NCBI GenBank assembly: GCA_965116335.1
Contig: OZ220677.1
Location: forward strand, 228,131-292,130
DNA: 64,000 nt
Source: Arenicellales bacterium
GTDB taxonomy: Bacteria; Pseudomonadota; Gammaproteobacteria; Arenicellales; Poriferihabitantaceae
Reading direction: 5' to 3'
This document shows positions 16,890 to 25,848 of this stretch, in pieces. The translations under genes and the position numbers were made by a program. Numbering within the stretch: position 1 is the stretch's first letter; every line of letters begins with the position of its first letter. The notes beneath the pieces were generated by a model, which did not search any database, was not told the origin of the DNA, and saw nothing but the letters and a program-made list of their open reading frames with translations.

Positions 16890-17414
16890 ATGGATATCGA
16901 AACTTTTAACTTTCTCGGGCCTTTTCAGGCGAAGGAGGTTATGCGATACTGTTGCACTGCATCACGCTGGGTGGATCAGGTGGTGGACGGCAGGCCCTAC
17001 TCAGGAGTTGCACAACTGCTGGCACAGGCACAAGAACACTGGTCAACCATGGTGGAGACCGACTGGCTTGAGGCATTTGACGGGCACCCCCGGATTGGCG
17101 ACCCCGAATCTCTCAAGGCGAAGTACCGGGCTACTCTGGCCACTGCGAGCAGGGAGCAGTCGGGAGTCCGCCAGGCAGACGAGCAAACGCTTAACGGTCT
17201 GATTGAGGGCAATCAGGCTTATTTTGATCGTTTTGGTTTTATTTTTATCATTTTTGCCAGTGCAAAGAGCGCCCCGGAAATGTTGGCGCAACTGAGAGGT
17301 CGGCTGGACAATAACCGCCAGACAGAATTGACTATTGCGGCGGGCGAGCAGTGGAAGATTACCCGGCGGCGGTTGGACGATGTGTTCGCCGCTACCTGCA
17401 GCCGTGCCGCATGA
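16890..17414 (+). CDS. uraD: OHCU decarboxylase (2-oxo-4-hydroxy-4-carboxy-5-ureidoimidazoline decarboxylase)
   Basis: 174-aa ORF with the family pattern ..EAFDGHPRIGD.., ..SREQSGV.., ..NQAYFDRFGFIFIIFASAKSAPEML... It is adjacent to the HIU hydrolase gene. Confidence 0.85.
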   Translation: MDIETFNFLGPFQAKEVMRYCCTASRWVDQVVDGRPYSGVAQLLAQAQEHWSTMVETDWLEAFDGHPRIGDPESLKAKYRATLATASREQSGVRQADEQTLNGLIEGNQAYFDRFGFIFIIFASAKSAPEMLAQLRGRLDNNRQTELTIAAGEQWKITRRRLDDVFAATCSRAA

Positions 17415-17433
17415 ACGTATTGCCGGACTCATA

Positions 17434-17772
17434 ATGAGCCAGATCACTACACATATACTGGACCTGTCCTGCGGGATGCCTGCACGGGGAGTGGCGGCAA
17501 CACTCTGGCGGGGTGCCGGGACGGACCGGGTCGAGCTTGCGCGGGGTGTGACCGATGCCGACGGACGCATATCAGGCTGGCTCGGTGGCGAGGCGCTGCC
17601 CGGCGGCGCCTACAGTATTACTTTCGCTTCTGGCCGCTATTTTGCGGAGCGGAGCGTAGACACGTTTTATCCACATGTGGAGATTTTCTTCGATGTGGCA
17701 GAGGGCGGGGCACATTATCATGTTCCCTTGCTAATCAGTCCGTGGGGCTACTCCACGTACCGCGGCAGCTGA
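17434..17772 (+). CDS. hiuH: 5-hydroxyisourate hydrolase (transthyretin-like)
   Basis: From ATG 17434: MSQITTHILDLSCGMPARGV...YHVPLLISPWGYSTYRGS. The C-terminal YRGS tetrapeptide and HILD motif are hallmarks of HIUases. The track start 17335 would overlap uraD by 80 nt and adds non-homologous residues. Confidence 0.9.
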   Translation: MSQITTHILDLSCGMPARGVAATLWRGAGTDRVELARGVTDADGRISGWLGGEALPGGAYSITFASGRYFAERSVDTFYPHVEIFFDVAEGGAHYHVPLLISPWGYSTYRGS

Positions 17773-17839
17773 TTGAACAGGTAAACCGGAGAATTGTAAA
17801 AAGATCCAAACTGTCAACCGATACCCGGAGGTATTCACT

Positions 17840-18913
17840 ATGCACAAAAGAACACTGATCAAGGCTCTCGCGGGAGTCACACTATCCGCTTCACTAGGCT
17901 TAAGCGTCGCTCAGGCCGAGGACATCAAGGCAGGGTTTGTCTATGTCGGTCCAGTGGGGGATCATGGCTGGACTTACCGCCACGACAAGGGTCGATTGCA
18001 GTTGGAAGAGGAACTCGGCATCAAGACCTCGTTTGTGGAAAGCGTGGCCGAGGGCGCGGACGCGGAACGGGTTATCCGCAAGCTCGCATCGAGTGGCCAC
18101 GACATCATCTTCACGACCTCATTCGGCTATATGAATCCGACCCTGAAGGTGGCTGAGCAGTTCCCCGATGTGAAGTTCGAACATGCCACCGGGTACAAGC
18201 GCAGTGATAATCTCAGTACCTATTCCGCTCGTTTCTATGAAGGCCGCTCGGTTATTGGCGCGATTGCCGGTCATGTAACCCAAACCGGAGTAATCGGATA
18301 TATCGCATCCTTCCCGATTCCCGAAGTCATTCGCGGCATCAACGCGTTCACATTAGCCATGCGTAAGGTGAACCCGGATGCGGTGGTGAAAGTGGTATGG
18401 GTCAACTCCTGGTATGATCCGGGCAAGGAGGGGGATGCCGCCAAGGCGCTGATTGATCAGGGGGCTGACATCATTGCCCAGCATACGGATTCTCCAGCGC
18501 CGTTGCAGGTGGCGGAACAACGTGGAGTCCACGCCTTCGGGCAGGCTTCCGACATGAAGGCGTTTGCGCCGACTGCCCAGCTGACCGCCATTGTCAACGA
18601 CTGGGGGCCGTATTATGTGAGCCGGGTCAAGGCACTGATGGACGGCACCTGGGAGAGTATAGATACCTGGGATGGCATTGATCCCGGCATGGTGGTCATC
18701 GCGCCTTACGGTGATGCGGTGTCAGAAGATGCGCGCGCCGCTGCCGACCAGGTCATTGCCGGTATCCGCGATGGCAGTTTGCATCCGTTCCAGGGACCCA
18801 TCCGCAATCAGGCAGGCGAGCCGGTAATCGGTGAGGGCGAAGTGCTGGACGATGGGGCTCTGCTCGGTATGAGCTACTATGTCGAAGGTGTGCAGGGCGA
18901 AATTCCACAGTAA
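17840..18913 (+). CDS. BMP-family (PnrA-like) ABC transporter substrate-binding lipoprotein/periplasmic protein, probable purine/nucleoside binding
   Basis: 357-aa ORF with signal peptide MHKRTLIKALAGVTLSASLGLSVAQA. The BMP-family pattern is present (GFVYVGPVGDHGWTY, FTTSFGYM, YSARFYEGR, GYIASFPIPEV, WYDPGKE). It sits in purine catabolic context. Confidence 0.85.
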   Translation: MHKRTLIKALAGVTLSASLGLSVAQAEDIKAGFVYVGPVGDHGWTYRHDKGRLQLEEELGIKTSFVESVAEGADAERVIRKLASSGHDIIFTTSFGYMNPTLKVAEQFPDVKFEHATGYKRSDNLSTYSARFYEGRSVIGAIAGHVTQTGVIGYIASFPIPEVIRGINAFTLAMRKVNPDAVVKVVWVNSWYDPGKEGDAAKALIDQGADIIAQHTDSPAPLQVAEQRGVHAFGQASDMKAFAPTAQLTAIVNDWGPYYVSRVKALMDGTWESIDTWDGIDPGMVVIAPYGDAVSEDARAAADQVIAGIRDGSLHPFQGPIRNQAGEPVIGEGEVLDDGALLGMSYYVEGVQGEIPQ

Positions 18914-18934
18914 CTTTCCACCTGATCGCACAAC

Positions 18935-18967
18935 AGGAAAGCCTCTGGATGAGGCTTTCCTGTTTTT
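18935..18967 (+). terminator. Rho-independent terminator after the BMP gene
   Basis: A perfect 11-bp stem (aggaaagcctc-tggat-gaggctttcct) is followed by gTTTTT. Confidence 0.7.
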
Positions 18968-19065
18968 ATGAGCCGGACTGAAAAATTTATGTTGGCGAAG
19001 GCTTGATTAACGGCTGGTTTCACCTCATATTTGCATCATTCAAATAATCTGCAAGATAAACTACC

Positions 19066-19395
19066 ATGTCTAAAAATATTGTACACGTAAGCGATGAATC
19101 ATTTGAACAGGAAGTCCTCAATGCCACCGAGCCGGTGCTGATTGATTATTGGGCGGAATGGTGCGGGCCGTGCAAAATGATCGCTCCAATCCTCGACGAA
19201 CTGGCGCAGGAGTACGGAGAAAAAATCAAGATCGCCAAACTCAACATTGATGAAAATCCGCAAACCCCTCCCAGGTACGGAATCCGCGGAATCCCGACTC
19301 TGATGCTGTTCAGGAACGGCAATGTCGAGGCAACCAAAGTAGGGGCAGTTTCCAAATCCCAACTCGCGGCATTTATCGACAGCAATCTGGAATAA
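19066..19395 (+). CDS. trxA: Thioredoxin
   Basis: 109 aa with the WCGPC active site. It is collinear with E. coli TrxA ([19 protein letters not shown]..., [12 protein letters not shown]). Confidence 0.93.
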   Translation: MSKNIVHVSDESFEQEVLNATEPVLIDYWAEWCGPCKMIAPILDELAQEYGEKIKIAKLNIDENPQTPPRYGIRGIPTLMLFRNGNVEATKVGAVSKSQLAAFIDSNLE

Positions 19396-19560
19396 TTGTC
19401 GTAGGGGGGCAGGCTCTACGAGGACGTTAGGTGCAGATTCCGTATGGTTGTGGGTTCCTGCTTGCGCGGGAAAGACGGATGGTTGGGGCGTGGGATGGTG
19501 GTTGTGTCCCCCCATCCAATCCGCAGGCGGATTGGATTCCCCCTCAAGGGGGGAATGATT
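19396..19560. repeat. REP/BIME-like units (types C and A) between convergent trxA and the SulP gene
   Basis: Contains ttcctgcttgcgcgggaaagacgg....ccccccatccaatccgcaggcggattggattccccctcaagggggg. The last codons and stop of the SulP ORF lie inside the type A unit. Confidence 0.6.
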
Positions 19561-21709
19561 GCTGCAAGCGTCCGGCCAGCAGGTATCGGTACAGGGTGAG
19601 GGCCAGTTTTTCCTCGCTCCGTTCCAGCTGATCCTGGATTGCCGGTGTCAGCATCATCGTCCGGCAGTCTTCTTCGGCAACCACCGAAGTGGTCTCATCG
19701 TCCTTGTGAATGGTCGGCCAGACCGCATCGCCGGGTGCGTACTGATGGATACGGGCACCGCTGGAATCGCAGGCGGAAGCCCGACCGGAAATCAATAATT
19801 GCAGATTCTGGCGCGAAGCACCCGGCGTAAGGAGTGCCTCGCCAGTGGCGTAGCGGCAGGGAGTCAGCCAGTTGTGCAGCGATTCCATCAGATCCTCGAA
19901 CTGAATCTGCCGTTCCAGATGTTGTTCCAGGTCGTCCGAGATGTGTTCCAGCAAGGATGCGCGTTGTTCACCGGATGCGCTCGCCTCTTTTCTCCAGGAC
20001 TGGATGACTGCCTCCTCACAGCACTCCAGGGCACGCGCGGTGTCCGGCTCGATCTGGAGCGCGTCAAATTTTGCGGGCGGAAGATTGCGTTGTAACCCGT
20101 TCTTCAACGGTTCCGGTAATGCACAAAGGACTAACTGTACCCCGGCTGCATTAGCTGTCTGCAGGAACCTGCAAAGAACATTCACCGCCGAAAAGTCGGA
20201 GCCGTAAATGGCACCAAAATCCAGTATCAGGCAGTCTGGACGGGAAGCGTCTTTCAGGAGTTGCTTCAGGCGGTCGGCCAATGGACAGACGCTGCCGAAA
20301 AACAGGTATCCGCGCAACTGATAGACATGTATCCGGTCGCCCCTCTCCATCAGGATAGCGCGGTCGGGGACAGGACGCACCTTGCCGCTTCTGTGATTGC
20401 GTGCGGTAAACCACGATTTGATCACATCCGTGCGGCTCAAGTGCACGGCGAAGAATACGAGGGCCGCCGCCATGCCGGTGACTACGCCCTTGAACAGTCC
20501 AAAAACGATGATCGCGAAGAAGATGAGTACGATGATGCTGTATTCTGTCCACGGCAAGCGTTTGCGGCTTCTTATCAGCCCCTCATCCATCATGCCAAGA
20601 CCAGCAAAAATCAGGATGCCGCCGACCAGCGGAACCGGAACCAGTTCCAGTATCCCGTCTCCGAGCAGTAACGCGCCACCGATGACCAGTGCTGCGACAA
20701 CGCCGGTCAGGCGGGAGGTAGCACCGAACAGTTTGCTGCGAAGTGAGGCAGGTACGACCAGGGTGGCTACTGTGCAGCCACCAACACCGGAAACCACGCT
20801 CGCAAGTCCCGTAGTCTTGAACTCGTGATTCCAGTCCAACTCCTGATCGGTGGCCATTTCGAGGCCCGCGAAATTCATGACGACGCAGATGAGCGCGATC
20901 AGCACCAGCATCGAAATAGCTGGCAACTGCATGATCATCGCGCTCCAGTCTACGTGTATCAGGTCGGACGGCCACAAGGCCGGCCACAGGTTGCCCTGCG
21001 CCGTGCTCGTCAGCAACAGCCCCGCATCCCTCGCTTGTGCGCCGGAGATTTCCAGAACGTATAGCGCAAAATGCCAGCCACCGACGGCCAGCGCGACGCT
21101 CACCGGCAGAATGAGCGGGTTGCGCCATCGCCGCATCGCCAGATACAGGGCAATCCCGTACACCGCTTCGGGACTCCAGTTCCAGAATATCGGGGATTCT
21201 ACAAGCGCCGAAAGCGTCCGCCAGTCGGGTTGCGCCCCCATCAGGGACATGGCCGCCAGGCACACCGTCCCCCCGATTCCGGCCACGAATCCGCCAGACA
21301 CAGGATAAGGGATGAATCGCACCAGATTAGAGAGCCGAAAATAGCCGATCACAAGACAACACAATCCGGTTATGACGGCACCTATCATCAGCGCCACTAC
21401 CGTGGTGACGAACAGGGTTTCTCCTTCGGCGTTCATTGTGAATCCGACCGTAGCCATTACGATGACCAGCGCGGGAGACAACCCGGCAATGGCGCCGCGC
21501 CAGCCGCCCAGCAGGGCGATGATCAGGCAGGTGGCAAAGTTGCCGAACAGTATCAGACCGATGCCCTGGGAGGAATATTGGGACAATGGCCCGGAAAATA
21601 TGAAGCTGCCGAAGGAAATCTGGGCAACCAGCAGGCCAAGACCGGAGGTGAATCCGACCGACAGCGCCGGGACGGTTTCCCCGGCGAATATCTTTACCGA
21701 TGATGGCAT
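19544..21709 (-). CDS. SulP/SLC26-family anion transporter with C-terminal STAS and cNMP-binding-like domains
   Basis: The membrane domain is typical of SulP (..RFIPYPVSGGFVAGIGG..). A STAS-like segment follows (IHVYQLRGYLFFGSV...LILDFGAIYGSDFSAVNVL). A C-terminal beta-roll-like segment (GEALLTPGASRQNLQLLISGRA...YAPGDAVWP) lacks a clear phosphate-binding cassette. The start is set to ATG 21709 (MPSSVKIF); GTG 21745 is the alternative. Confidence 0.8.
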   Translation of the reverse strand: MPSSVKIFAGETVPALSVGFTSGLGLLVAQISFGSFIFSGPLSQYSSQGIGLILFGNFATCLIIALLGGWRGAIAGLSPALVIVMATVGFTMNAEGETLFVTTVVALMIGAVITGLCCLVIGYFRLSNLVRFIPYPVSGGFVAGIGGTVCLAAMSLMGAQPDWRTLSALVESPIFWNWSPEAVYGIALYLAMRRWRNPLILPVSVALAVGGWHFALYVLEISGAQARDAGLLLTSTAQGNLWPALWPSDLIHVDWSAMIMQLPAISMLVLIALICVVMNFAGLEMATDQELDWNHEFKTTGLASVVSGVGGCTVATLVVPASLRSKLFGATSRLTGVVAALVIGGALLLGDGILELVPVPLVGGILIFAGLGMMDEGLIRSRKRLPWTEYSIIVLIFFAIIVFGLFKGVVTGMAAALVFFAVHLSRTDVIKSWFTARNHRSGKVRPVPDRAILMERGDRIHVYQLRGYLFFGSVCPLADRLKQLLKDASRPDCLILDFGAIYGSDFSAVNVLCRFLQTANAAGVQLVLCALPEPLKNGLQRNLPPAKFDALQIEPDTARALECCEEAVIQSWRKEASASGEQRASLLEHISDDLEQHLERQIQFEDLMESLHNWLTPCRYATGEALLTPGASRQNLQLLISGRASACDSSGARIHQYAPGDAVWPTIHKDDETTSVVAEEDCRTMMLTPAIQDQLERSEEKLALTLYRYLLAGRLQQSFPP

Positions 21710-21754
21710 ACCCTGATCATAAACCACGGTAAGCCAGCGCTGCACGAAAAAGGT

Positions 21755-22795
21755 TCAGTAACCCAGGTCGGGATTGACCCGGTTGTGTAATGGTTCGCCA
21801 GCCAGATAGCGTTTCATGTTCTCAAAAAATACCGACAGGGTCATAGGAACATAAGCGTTGCCGTCATCTGCGGAAATATGGGGGGTGACAATCAGGTTGG
21901 GTATGTTCCAGTAAGGGGAGTCCGGCGGCAGAGGTTCCTGATCGAATACATCCAGGATTGCGCCTGACAGGGAGCCGTCTTTCAGCTTTTCGGTCAGCGC
22001 CGGATAGTCGACCACTGCGGCACGTCCGATATTAACCAGCCCGGCACCGGGTTTCAGCAGGTCCAGTCGGCGCCGGTCGAGCAGATTTCTGGTCTCGTCT
22101 GTCAACGGAGTGACGACAAATACAAAATCAGCCAGCGGCAATACCTCATCGAGTTGCTCTACAGATACCATTCGATCCACTTGATCAACCGGTTGCCCAT
22201 GGCGGGAAACACCAATCACCCGGATGCCAATGGCTCTGGCGTGAGCGGCCACGGACTTGCCGATGCTGCCAACCCCGATCAGAACCAGAGTCTTGCCCGC
22301 GATCGGTGTTGAATAAATGGAATCGTACAGCGCGGTGCGCTGATTGTGGACAATCGCTGGCATGACGTTATGCAGCATCAGAATCGACATCAGCCCAAAC
22401 TCTCCTCCCTTGGCTGAATGTACGCCCTTGTTATTGGTCAGTTGTACCCCGTCGGGCAGCCAGTTCATCGGAGTCAGATGTTCAACTCCGGCACCAATAA
22501 TGTGAATCCATTTCAGTTCGGGTGCTATGTCAGAGAGATTTTCGGTTGGCAGGTCCCAGGCGACCAACACTTCCGCATCGGCCATAGAGGTTGTGAAATT
22601 GTCTGTATCCCAGTCGATAAAAACATCCAGTTGTCGGGCAATATCGGGATAATCGCTGGCACTGCGCTGGTATCTCTGCCGGGTGATGGTGAAGACGGCT
22701 TCACCTTCCGGGGTATTCGGGAAGGTATCGGCGGAGAAATGATTGTTCTTGATGTGAACCCTGGTTTTGCGTGAATTGGTCACGAGCGGAGTCAT
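21755..22795 (-). CDS. D-isomer-specific 2-hydroxyacid dehydrogenase family protein (NAD-binding)
   Basis: 346-aa ORF with the Rossmann motif GKTLVLIGVGSIGKSVA and the catalytic region ..LVNIGRAAVVD...TPHISA. Confidence 0.8.
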   Translation of the reverse strand: MTPLVTNSRKTRVHIKNNHFSADTFPNTPEGEAVFTITRQRYQRSASDYPDIARQLDVFIDWDTDNFTTSMADAEVLVAWDLPTENLSDIAPELKWIHIIGAGVEHLTPMNWLPDGVQLTNNKGVHSAKGGEFGLMSILMLHNVMPAIVHNQRTALYDSIYSTPIAGKTLVLIGVGSIGKSVAAHARAIGIRVIGVSRHGQPVDQVDRMVSVEQLDEVLPLADFVFVVTPLTDETRNLLDRRRLDLLKPGAGLVNIGRAAVVDYPALTEKLKDGSLSGAILDVFDQEPLPPDSPYWNIPNLIVTPHISADDGNAYVPMTLSVFFENMKRYLAGEPLHNRVNPDLGY

Positions 22796-22823
22796 TATGG
22801 GTGAATTAAAATAGAGGTTGCGG

Positions 22824-24200
22824 TCAGGTGGTGGAGGTGGTGGCCGTTGCTGCGGATTCTGTCAGTTCACCGATGATGAAATCGTCCCGCGCCTGGCCGC
22901 TATATTGGTCTCCCCGGAAGATGACTCCCATGACTTGATCGTTTATCCGCCGTAGCTGCTCGCTGTCGTCTGGTGCTCCGGCGGCGGGAGCATGGACCAC
23001 CGTATCGCTGCCATAAGTCGCAACCGGCCCCGTCTGGAGATCGGCGGGCTGGGGCGGTGGCTGGCCCTTGGCCAGGTCGCGGGCCAGTCGCCGCAAGCGT
23101 CGCCGATAGAGAATGACGCCACGGTCTGCGGCAACCAGATGCTCTCTGGAATGTTCAGAAATAGTACCCATCCCCTCGACCGCTTCCACGTCACCCGGGC
23201 TGATTTGTTTCTCTTCGTAAGTGCGCTCCATGACCTCGCCCTGTTCGATTCGCTCGATGCCCTCTCGGTTATTAAATTCCGGTGGGTCGCCACGCGGCCC
23301 GAAGTTGGCCCAGGCATAAGCGATGCAGCACTCGTCATCGACCGGCACTACCCAGCGCGTAAAGGCGCTTCGACCGAAGTATTTCAGCTCGGTTCCATCG
23401 GTCGAGAAAGCGGCCCCCGACTGGGTAAAGTTCGGCAGGATCAGTTCGTTCACCCGCACCCAGGCATTCTCATTGACCCGCCGTGTCGCTGTACCCAGAA
23501 AGCGGATACGGTCACGCTCATAAAACTGATATTCCCCGACCACGCCAAACCCTTCGGTGAACTGGCTCTGGTGTAAAAATGCGGTGTGTACCGGGTCCAC
23601 GATCGCGTCCAGCACCTGAATCCAGTTGCAGTTGAACACCGCCGAATAGGGAGTCATGATCATGTCGGGCAGATCATAAACATCGTAGTGGGGAAACAGG
23701 GGCTTTTCCTGCGGCGGCCCCAGATAGGCGAAGATCAAGCCCCGGAACTCAGTCACCGGATAGGCGCCGAGGCGTCTGGATTGCCGGATGCTGGCCGCCC
23801 CGTCAGAATCTTCGGGTTGTCCGGGGATTTCGAGTATGGAGCCATCGACATCGAATAACCAGCCGTGATAACAGCAGCGAATCCCTCTCTCTTCACAATG
23901 GCCGAATTCCAGCGAGGCCCTGCGATGCGGGCAGTTTTTATGAACCAGTCCGATACGGCCACTGCGGTCACGAAACAGTACCAGCTCCTCGCCCATCACC
24001 CGGATGCGCTTCGGATGGTCTTGCAGTTCTGCGGTTAGTGCTACTGGATGCCAGTAGCGGCGCATCAGTTCACCCATCACGGAACCAGGGCCAGTCTCGG
24101 CCAACTCACGGTCATGGTCACCCGCAAAGCTCTGATGGTAACCGCAATAAGACTGGAAGTTTTCTTTATCCCGTAGCATATCGACAACCTGATGCTTCAT
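22824..24200 (-). CDS. Rieske [2Fe-2S] non-heme-iron oxygenase, alpha-subunit-like
   Basis: Rieske motif CPHRRASL...CCYHGWLF, and a C-terminal catalytic domain with a DPVHTAFLH-type iron site. The start is set to ATG 24200 (MKHQVV), which forms an ATGA overlap with the stop of the upstream ferredoxin gene (tcat at 24197-24200). Confidence 0.8.
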   Translation of the reverse strand: MKHQVVDMLRDKENFQSYCGYHQSFAGDHDRELAETGPGSVMGELMRRYWHPVALTAELQDHPKRIRVMGEELVLFRDRSGRIGLVHKNCPHRRASLEFGHCEERGIRCCYHGWLFDVDGSILEIPGQPEDSDGAASIRQSRRLGAYPVTEFRGLIFAYLGPPQEKPLFPHYDVYDLPDMIMTPYSAVFNCNWIQVLDAIVDPVHTAFLHQSQFTEGFGVVGEYQFYERDRIRFLGTATRRVNENAWVRVNELILPNFTQSGAAFSTDGTELKYFGRSAFTRWVVPVDDECCIAYAWANFGPRGDPPEFNNREGIERIEQGEVMERTYEEKQISPGDVEAVEGMGTISEHSREHLVAADRGVILYRRRLRRLARDLAKGQPPPQPADLQTGPVATYGSDTVVHAPAAGAPDDSEQLRRINDQVMGVIFRGDQYSGQARDDFIIGELTESAATATTSTT

Positions 24201-24541
24201 ACGCCGACCCAAACCATACCTTCTTCGATCTTTACCGGATACACCGCCAGGTCAATGACCGCCGGCAGGGTGAGTGCCTTGCCGGTTCGTATATCGAATA
24301 AAGCCTGATGCAACGGGCACTCAATGCAGCCATCCTCGATAATTCCGTCTGAAAGCCAGGCATGCTCATGAGTACAGAGATCATTCACGGCAAAAGCCTG
24401 GTCGCCCAGCTTGCAAAGGGCGATCCAGTGATCATCGATCTTGACCTGGGTAGGCTCTTCGTCATCCAGTTGTGAAAATGGCACAGTCTGATGCCATTGA
24501 AGTGATTGGGTCATTGTGCTGTAAACCGATACTTGAAACAT
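24197..24541 (-). CDS. Rieske-type ferredoxin component
   Basis: 114 aa with the motif CTHEHAWL...CPLHQALFD. It is translationally coupled to the oxygenase gene. Confidence 0.8.
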   Translation of the reverse strand: MFQVSVYSTMTQSLQWHQTVPFSQLDDEEPTQVKIDDHWIALCKLGDQAFAVNDLCTHEHAWLSDGIIEDGCIECPLHQALFDIRTGKALTLPAVIDLAVYPVKIEEGMVWVGV

Positions 24542-24678
24542 TCGGGAAGCTACTCCATCTTTTGTGCAGGGTCAAGATTTTTTATGCGATTTTTTATGCG
24601 TGAAAGTGTAATTGTTCCCGGAGCGGGTTCGGGGTATACTCCGGCGTTCTTTTCCCAGGAACCTCTTTTAATGCCATC

Positions 24679-25848
24679 ATGAATATCCATGAGTACCAGG
24701 CCAAGGCTCTGTTGTCTGACTTTGGTGTTGCTGTCCCCAAAGGCAGGATTGCGTTTACTGTTGAGCAGGCGATCAGTGCAGCGCAGGAGTTGGGCGGCCC
24801 GGTCTGGGTGGTCAAGGCCCAGATTCATGCCGGCGGTCGCGGCAAGGGTGGCGGTGTCAAGGTGGTTTCCTCGATGGAAGACCTGCGTAGCGCGGCCAGT
24901 GATATTCTCGGTATGCAGCTGGTTACTCACCAGACCGGCGCCGAGGGTCAATTGGTCAAGCGGATTTATATTGAACAGGGCTGTGACATTGCTCGGGAAC
25001 TCTATCTGGGTATGCTGGTGGATCGGGGGACGAGCCGAATCACGGTGATTGCCTCTACCGAAGGCGGTATGGATATTGAGGAGGTGGCCGCCAATACTCC
25101 GGAGAGAATCATCACGGTGGTGGTGGACCCGGCTACCGGCCTGCAACCCTTCCATGCCCGTAAACTGGCTTATGGCCTGAATCTGGAGGCCGGGCAGGTG
25201 CGCTCTGCGGTGCGCTTCCTGCAGGCAATGTATCAGGCATTTACAGAACTCGATGCCAGTATGGTCGAGATCAACCCGTTGGTAGTGACGGGCGATGGAG
25301 AGCTGCTCGCGCTGGACGCGAAAATGAATTTCGACAGCAACGCATTGTATCGCCAACCCGGTATTGTCGAGCTACGGGATGAAGATGAGGAAGATCCGGC
25401 AGAGGCGAAAGCCAGCGAATATGATCTGAACTATATCAAGCTCGACGGAGACATCGGTTGTATGGTCAATGGTGCCGGATTAGCCATGGCTACCATGGAT
25501 ATTATTCAGTTGTATGGAAGCTCACCGGCGAACTTCCTGGATGTGGGCGGCGGCGCCACCACCGAGCGGGTTACTGAAGCATTCAAGATCATCCTGTCTG
25601 ACGATAACGTCAAGGGCATTCTGGTTAATATCTTCGGTGGTATCATGCGCTGCGACGTGATTGCCGAGGGCATTGTCGCCGGTGCCCGGGAGGCGAAACT
25701 CGATGTGCCGCTGGTGGTGCGTCTTGAAGGCACGAACGTGGATCAGGGCAAACGTATTCTGGCCGAGTCGCAGTTGCCGGTTGTGCTGGCCGACGACCTG
25801 GACGATGCGGCCCGGAAAGTAGTTCAGGTCGTCAATGGAGATGGATAG
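24679..25848 (+). CDS. sucC: Succinate--CoA ligase (ADP-forming) beta subunit
   Basis: 389 aa, collinear with E. coli SucC ([62 protein letters not shown]). Confidence 0.88.
   Translation: MNIHEYQAKALLSDFGVAVPKGRIAFTVEQAISAAQELGGPVWVVKAQIHAGGRGKGGGVKVVSSMEDLRSAASDILGMQLVTHQTGAEGQLVKRIYIEQGCDIARELYLGMLVDRGTSRITVIASTEGGMDIEEVAANTPERIITVVVDPATGLQPFHARKLAYGLNLEAGQVRSAVRFLQAMYQAFTELDASMVEINPLVVTGDGELLALDAKMNFDSNALYRQPGIVELRDEDEEDPAEAKASEYDLNYIKLDGDIGCMVNGAGLAMATMDIIQLYGSSPANFLDVGGGATTERVTEAFKIILSDDNVKGILVNIFGGIMRCDVIAEGIVAGAREAKLDVPLVVRLEGTNVDQGKRILAESQLPVVLADDLDDAARKVVQVVNGDG

Noticed and set aside
17335-17433. Upstream extension of the HIU hydrolase ORF, and the TTG 16849 extension of guaD
   Set aside because: The extensions overlap the neighbouring gene or the promoter palindrome. 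They precede the point where family-typical sequence begins (MSQITTHILD; MTMTAHRGEILYF).
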